Below, one piece after another: positions 56,333 through 64,000 of a stretch of 64,000 bases of DNA. Where the stretch lies: positions 45,384,001-45,448,000 of the forward strand of contig OX597835.1 in the NCBI GenBank assembly GCA_951406725.2, written 5' to 3'. The notes beneath the pieces are model-generated. The model did no database searches. It was not told the origin of the DNA and worked only from the letters and a program-made list of their open reading frames with translations. This DNA is from Octopus vulgaris (Eukaryota). How positions within the stretch are numbered: position 1 is the stretch's first letter; the number at the start of each line of letters is the position of its first letter. A program made the position numbers and the translations under genes.

Positions 56333-57455
56333 TATTTCATTATTGCCCACAGGAGGCTAAACATAGAGGAGACAAACAAGGACAGACACAGAAATTAAGT
56401 CCATTAGATCGACCCAGTCTTTAACTGGTACTTATTTAATCGACTCTGAAACGATGAAAGGCAAAGTCGACCTTGGCGTAATTTGAACTCAGAACGTAGA
56501 GACATACGAAATACCGATTTCCATACTACCCACAAGGGGATAAACACAGAGAGAACAAACAAGGACAGACAAACGGATAAGTCGGTTAGATCGACCCCAG
56601 TGCGTAACTGGTACTTAATTTATCGACCCCGAAAGGATGAAAGGCAAAGTTGACCTCGGCGGAATTTGGAATCAGAACGTAACGGCAGCCGAAATACCGC
56701 TAAGCATTTCGCTCGACGTGCTAACAATTCTGCCAGCTCGCCGCCCTATAAATTTATATATATTAGCCACAAAAATCCGCAATGTACTGAGCGCGCGGAA
56801 AGTAAAACACAATGTACTGAGGATGATGGACAAAATCGACCTCGGCGGAATTTGAACTCAGATCGTAGCGGCAGACGAAATTCCTATTTCTTTACTACCC
56901 AAAAGGGGCTAAACACAGATAGGACAAACAAGGACAGACAAACGGATTGAGTCGATTATGTCGACCCCAGTGCGTAACTGGTACTTAATTTATCGACCCC
57001 GAAAGGATGAAGGGCAAAGTTGACCTCGGCGGAATTTGGACTCAGAACGTAACGGTAGACGAAATACGGCTACGCATTTCGCTCGACGTGCTAACAATTC
57101 TGCCAGCTCGCCGCCCTATAAATTTATATATATTAGCCACAAAAATCCGCAATGTACTGAGGATGATGGACAAAATCGACCTCGGCGGAATTTGAACTCA
57201 GATCGTAGCGGCAGACGAAATTGCTATTTCTTTACTACCCAAAAAGGGGCTAAACACAGATAGGACAAACAAGGACAGACAAACGGATTGAGTCGATTAT
57301 GTCGACCCCAGTGCGTAACTGGTACTTAATTTATCGACCCCGAAAGGATGAAGGGCAAAGTTGACCTCGGCGGAATTTGGACTCAGAACGTAACGGTAGA
57401 CGAAATACGGCTACGCATTTCGCCCGGTGCGCTAACCTTTCTGCCAGCTCGCCGG
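56333..57455 (-). mobile_element. Tandem array of SINE family B with a 340-370 bp higher-order repeat
   Basis: Spacer ATAAATTTATATATATTAGCCACAAAAATCCGCAATGTACTGA is duplicated at ~56748 and ~57118. Confidence 0.88.
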
Positions 57456-58918
57456 CTTGTATCGATAACATAATTGTTGGCAACATGAAATATAATTTCT
57501 GGTTTACACTAGGAAGTACTATTGTGATGTTCATTAAGAACTTGCCGTTGGGTTTTATAAATTTCTGTTTCGGTATTAATAAGTTTCTTCGTAATTTTAA
57601 TATTTTGAAATATTTCCTTCATATGAAAAATGCTCGGATCTATAGAACTCAGATAGAACGTCGTAGAGGGTATGTTTCAACTCTCTCCGTTGTGAGTTCA
57701 AATTCTGCTGGAAGCAAAATAGCCAAAAGCAATTTTTTAGAGGTCAGTAAAATTTTTAGAGCTCACGTTCCAAACATTATTCTTCTCTCAGTCCTTTATT
57801 CCTCTCCCTAGTTTCCCTTCATTGCTTCTCTTGCAGAATTGCACCGTGAGGAACGTTATAAAAGACCGCTAACTATATGGCTTGTCTTCAAAATAAAGAA
57901 GAGATTGACGTAATACCAGCATTTACTTCCCTTACAAAATCTAATGATAATAGATCAATCTCACAAGGGCTGCAAGATATGGCACACAACACTAAATAGA
58001 AATGAGCATAAGAACAAGACTAACAATTGCATAGTTGTGGGACGAAAACAATAATATTGTACAAGAAAAAACACTAAAAAGTAAACTTTCTTATATATTT
58101 CCAATCTCAAGAAGGCGAACAGTGAACACGTCCATATTTTTCTGAAGATCGATGTGATTTCCAATGTGAAGTTTTCTGAATCCAACTGATGTATTGATCA
58201 TGCAAACACGATAATCTTTCGCCGGTTGACCAAGAGTCACAAAAACAAAATAAATCTTGTGATACCACCAGCGGAAAGCTAAAACTTACAGGTGCAACGA
58301 AAGGAAATGCCTTTATTTTCTAGCGACCTTTCTTTCAGAGCATCATTAGATTTCATTGTTTAATAGAATCTCTTTCCTTTTCGTTCAGCTCTTTGTTACG
58401 ATGCTTTGCACTATATTCGTTTACCTGTTATTATATATGTGATACTTATTTCCATTCTTATTTAGATATTCATCCAAAACTACATGTGTGGTTAGCGTTT
58501 TAGCATTAAATTGATTTCTGTAAGGGAAATGATTGCTAATATCAAGGTGAATTCTTTTACATTTCAGACGTAAAACCACGATATGAGGAATCACATGACA
58601 TTCCTCAAAACGAAATACCCTGAGTGAGAGTTGGGGAGAGTGAGAGAGAGAGAAATAGAGAGTAAGAGAAAAAAGGGAGAACGGGAGAGAGAGAGAGAGA
58701 GAGAGAGGCAAAAAGAAAGAAAGAGAAAGGGAGTGAGACAGAAGGAAAAGAATAGATCATAGGGTGTCTAACCAAATAAATTCTAAATTCTTTTCTTTGT
58801 TAAATATTCATGGTCAACAGGAAAACTGGTAGAGGGCCTTAAAACGCATGTCAATATGCTGGCCACTGTTGAAATTGTTTTGGAAAAGATTTTATTCTCA
58901 TACTAGAAGTATATATGT

Positions 58919-58970
<52 letters not shown>

Positions 58971-59479
58971 GTGTGTGTTTGTGTGTATGTGTGCGTGTGT
59001 GTGTGGTGTGTGTGTGCGTGTCTGTACGTGTATGGGTTTGTGTATGTGGGTGTGGGTGTGAATGTATGGAATGTGAATATTTACTAACGATTTCTTTTGT
59101 AAGTGCATATCATTACGAATATTAAAAAAGTATACCAGAGATCATTAAATTTTAATTGAGCTCCTTAGAGAGACACCTTCTTTAAACGCTAGGCATTCGT
59201 TACATTTGTCTTGTTAAATGCATGTATGTATGTATGTATGTATGTATGTGGGTATGTATGTATCTCATTGTTCAATTTTATTTGAAGATTTCTTGGCAAT
59301 AGAGAAAGAACCGGTTTCTAACCTAGATCCAAGTCTCCTTCATTGGAATGTCAACATTAACAACAGGGTCTTTTGTATGCTTGTATGTATACGTGCATAA
59401 TTGTGCGTTTTGTTTTATGTATGTATTCTCATGCATATAGTTGTATATCTAGACATGCTCATATATATTTAAATGATAA

Positions 59480-60740
59480 ACAGTGTGTAATTTTGGTACT
59501 TCTATTTCCTTGTGGGCCAGTGAGATATCCTTCAGACTTCAGTAGCATGAATGACAAGGAGTTTACAGAGATTATAAACAATATGACAGACATGCTGTCC
59601 CCTTCGGATATGCCCTTTTGATACTGCATTCTATCAGTGATAATGCAGTCACTCTTTGCGCTTAATTTCAAGATTGTGGCCCACGATGAAGTCAAGTCAG
59701 CTATGTCTTTGACTATGCTCACTGGAACGTTAGCAAGTTGAAGGGCTTCTATCATCGATGAGTGGGGAACAGAGTCAAAGGCTTTCTTTTAGTCTAGTCA
59801 CATTGAAACTGGGTTCCACCTATGCCCTCACACCTCTGACAATATAGTTTTGTTGATTACCAATAGCTTGGCACTTCCCAGCTGTTTCTGTTGTGACAAT
59901 GCTATTGGATCCACAGTGGTCCTGCAGGAAGAAATTTATGCATGCTGTATATACCTTATATATTAAATTGTTGGCATGCAGTTGTCTGGTAGTATTTTGC
60001 CGTGTCGGTGGTTCAGCATTTGGGGATCAATTTTGTATCCGTCAAAGCTAACCAGTGTGTTATGCGACTGTTCCTATTGAGAGCTTGCTGGTACAGATTG
60101 ATGAGATGTGGTCTGCAGAAGGTTAGCTTCTTGTACTAATATCCAACAATTAAGTACCTCCAAGTGTTTTGCCCTCCTGGAGTTTCTGGAGCGCAGTTGC
60201 AAGTGTTTCACTATCAATGTGTAACGCAGTAGCAATAATGTCTTCGGATTTCTTCCAGCCACAGAGCATCTTGATTAAATTTCTTCTCTTCACTCCAGAT
60301 TTTCCTCCATCAGGTGTCTATGTCTTCTCGTAAAGGAGCTTCCGTGATGTTTACTACTCCTCCACTTATGTCTCTGTATACTACTGCCTGGTTCCGGTTA
60401 ATTTTTTGTTTATTGTTCTTCTATCGGTTATTCTCTTGTGATATCGGAGTTTTTCACTTACAACTTTTAGCTGTCATTCATGTACTGTTTTGCAGTAGTA
60501 GCCAGAGCGTATAGACTGGCGTTAACCTGCCAAGATGTGGGTTCATCACACTGCTGTAAGTACAAACCACCAATTTTATTAACAGCTCTTAATACCGTAT
60601 CTGGTGAGTATATTTTTACTTATTTGGTAGAAGATACTCTGTCCTCGAGAGAGTCCTTGAAAGCCAAAGTTATTTCTCTCGGAAATTTTCAGTAGGCACA
60701 TATTTCACCGGTAATTAATCCTGACAACCGCTACAACAAT
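59480..60740 (-). pseudogene. R4/Dong-like LINE reverse transcriptase remnant
   Basis: LD*KKAFDSVPHS..IEALQL..YQKGISEGDSMSVILFIISVNSLSFML..KITH. Confidence 0.8.
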
Positions 60741-61845
60741 AATCGTTGCGGTTGTGCCTGCTATTTACCATAGTCGTAATAAGGGGACAGTGTTCAGTTA
60801 CTTGAGCCAGTAATGTAGTGTGGTTGGCAGGCACTACGGAATCTGTTCGAATGTTACTAGCTGCGAAACCACGTAGCGGTCTTACATCGTTCACGCTTCC
60901 GTTTTTGTTTATAGAGTTTGGAGAAGGTTAATTTTCGATTTTTAAATAAAGCTATAATTAGTAACAGTCCTCTTATATTCTACAAATGTTGTTTGTTCGC
61001 GTAGTTGCTTCGCAGTAAAATGATTTAATTCTGGATGCATATCATCCCATTCCATTCATATAGACAACAGCGGGGTTTTCTCTCTGTTTTTGTAGAGGTA
61101 AAATAGATCAGTGTTCAATTCATAACTCCAAATTAAATGAGGTTTGTAATTACGGTTTCTCCTATAATTACAGCTAGAAAGAACTTGTTCACCTGTTCAG
61201 CTGTTGTCTTGGTTTGCTCGTCGGTTGTGTTGTTATTGAAGCTGTGTACTGCCATGTTGTTTGTTGTAACTGTCTGTATGCTAAATTCAAATTTCAATCG
61301 AAAATCCCTACGATCGACAATAAAAGACTCCCTCGGTTAATTCATCTAAACATCAACCAGTTATTTAATAGGGCTGATAGTTGTGGCTCCACAGTTGGAG
61401 ATAGCATTCATCGTTATCGAAAATACGATGAATTTTCTATAGTCTCTGTGCTATCTTGCCGCTGTCTGTCTATCTGTCTGTTTGTCTGTATGTATGTATA
61501 TTTGTATGTAAATATGCATGTATATGTGTATGTATGTACGTACGTATGTATGTGGTACTATTTGTTAACATAAATCTCTGAGTGATCAGAAAAAGGGAAA
61601 AAAGACATTGTTTCGTTTAGCGAGTCACTTAATTCGTGTTGGTCGACTCTGCTTAGCTGAAAATATTTATACAAGACAGCATTCGATGGAAGAGTTCTTT
61701 GGGTCATAGGTGACTTATTCTACCCTCATTCATTCAAATGTTTTTGGCAAGTGAGACAAGGTCAAGCTTAATTAGTCTCTAAATATCAAATATGTCCATA
61801 TGTATCTGTATACTTAAAGATAGATTATCTTTGAATTTATTGATT

Positions 61846-61898
<53 letters not shown>

Positions 61899-62246
61899 CC
61901 ATCCCACTTTCTATATTATGTTTGCAGACATATTTTTACATTTTTATGTACGAACACACACATACACTTATATATATATATATATATATATATATACGCA
62001 ATGTAATATATGTGTGTACGTATGTATGTATGATACACACACAGACAAACAGACACTTCATTGCATTATTTCAATATCTGAACATATTCAAATACATACA
62101 TATCTTAAAATATTGAATATCGAACACTGTCACTGACATACATTGAAATTAGCATAGAGTTATTTCTGGACAAACCAGACGCTATCCTCAATGTCTTGGC
62201 AGAATGCATTTATCTAAATGGGAATATCTGAATGTAAGTACGTATA

Positions 62247-62321
<75 letters not shown>

Positions 62322-62326
62322 GTATG

Positions 62327-62358
<32 letters not shown>

Positions 62359-62422
62359 TACACATATATATATATGTATGAGTGTGCATTCATACATGTA
62401 TGTGTCTATATATATATACATA

Positions 62423-62487
<65 letters not shown>

Positions 62488-62699
62488 ACACACACACAGA
62501 CATAAACACATACACACACACACGCCCACACACGCGCGCACACACACACACACGCGCGCACACATATATGGAGTTTAGTAGTCTCATTGTCTGATGTGTG
62601 CCCGTATTTATACATATCTATCTGAACTGCTCATAAAGAAATATCCATACAAAAGCTGCCTCCTGCTGTTTCAGAGAAAGCGGCTGATGACATCAACAC

Positions 62700-62780
62700 C
62701 GATGACGATACTGATGATGATGATGATGATGATGATGACGACGACGACGACGATGTTGATGATGATAATGATGATGATGG

Positions 62781-62824
<44 letters not shown>

Positions 62825-62918
62825 GTGATGGTGATGATGATGATGATGATGATGATGGTGATGGTGATGATGATGATGATGATGATGCTGATGTTGATGA
62901 TGATGACGACGACGATGT

Positions 62919-62957
<39 letters not shown>

Positions 62958-62998
62958 CGACGACGATGTTGATGATGATGATGATGATGATGTTGAAT

Positions 62999-63041
<43 letters not shown>

Positions 63042-63046
63042 GGATA

Positions 63047-63083
<37 letters not shown>

Positions 63084-63109
63084 CGACGACGATGATGACG
63101 ACGACGACA

Positions 63110-63155
<46 letters not shown>

Positions 63156-63180
63156 CGATGACGATGATGATGATGTTGGT
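62700..63180. repeat. (GAT)n microsatellite
   Basis: Direct reading of the sequence. Confidence 0.97.
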
Positions 63181-63649
63181 AATTATCAGCGTCATAAATT
63201 TCGACAAATACGATGATTTGCCTGCTTGATCAATATTCTAATGAACAGTATACTTTGGAAAAAATAACGCATATATATACTAATAGCATAATGAATGGCT
63301 TGTTAGAACGATAGGAAAGAAGTGGGATGCAGAGATATTGTGGGAAAAAAAAGAGAGAAGAAAAACAATCGTGTGAAAAACTGAATGTAATGAGGCGGAG
63401 GAGGGGGTGGTATTGGATCCAGATGGTAAGTGTGTGTACAAGATATCGAAAGTGTTTGAAAGTGTGCGAAATATGAAGAATGGTTAAAATTGAAATTCTT
63501 AGAATATAAATAATTTCAATGAAATTTGTGATTGTGAAAGATCGACGTTTTATAGTTATTAAGCGTGTATTAAGCGAACAATATTCACACACATATGAAT
63601 TTATATGTGAATCTAAAATATATTCGAACACATACATACATTATACATG

Positions 63650-63799
<150 letters not shown>

Positions 63800-64000
63800 T
63801 ATATGCATATATATGTGTGTATGCGTGTGTGCGTGTTTGTGTGTGTGTATACATATTCCTTGGTTTTATGGCAATCAATAAAAATAAAATATTGGGAATG
63901 TATATAAAATGATGTGATGAAACACTCACAATCAAACGAAACTACATAAGAACAAAACGTATTGTGATATCTATCTATCTCTTTCTCTCTCTCTCTCTCT

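Noticed and set aside
56333-57455. CRISPR-like repeat-spacer appearance
   Set aside because: The repeats are long SINE units, the spacers are themselves duplicated, and the context is eukaryotic.

Overview
This is AT-rich, microsatellite-saturated, non-coding eukaryotic DNA. The SINE families and repeat style suggest a coleoid cephalopod, probably Octopus (inference from recalled SINE types, not from a search). No host gene could be identified with confidence, and most ORFs in the supplied track are microsatellite or SINE artefacts. Mobile elements include many tRNA-derived SINEs, a near full-length mariner (13264-14533), a deleted mariner, RTE and R4/Dong-like LINE fragments, and three Penelope-like (GIY-YIG) remnants. 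The main hidden signal is RNA structure. Several unrelated non-coding elements sit in (TA)n tracts as fold-back palindromes or partial tandems, and each carries a type I hammerhead ribozyme motif (9 clear copies in 5 sequence families, plus decayed ones). One further family has two diverged copies (16745-16817 minus, 31548-31620 plus). It contains hammerhead core motifs and covarying helices, but the strands are in an order that is not a circular permutation of types I, II or III. This candidate rewired, pseudoknotted hammerhead is the top finding. All structures were folded by eye and none has been tested.
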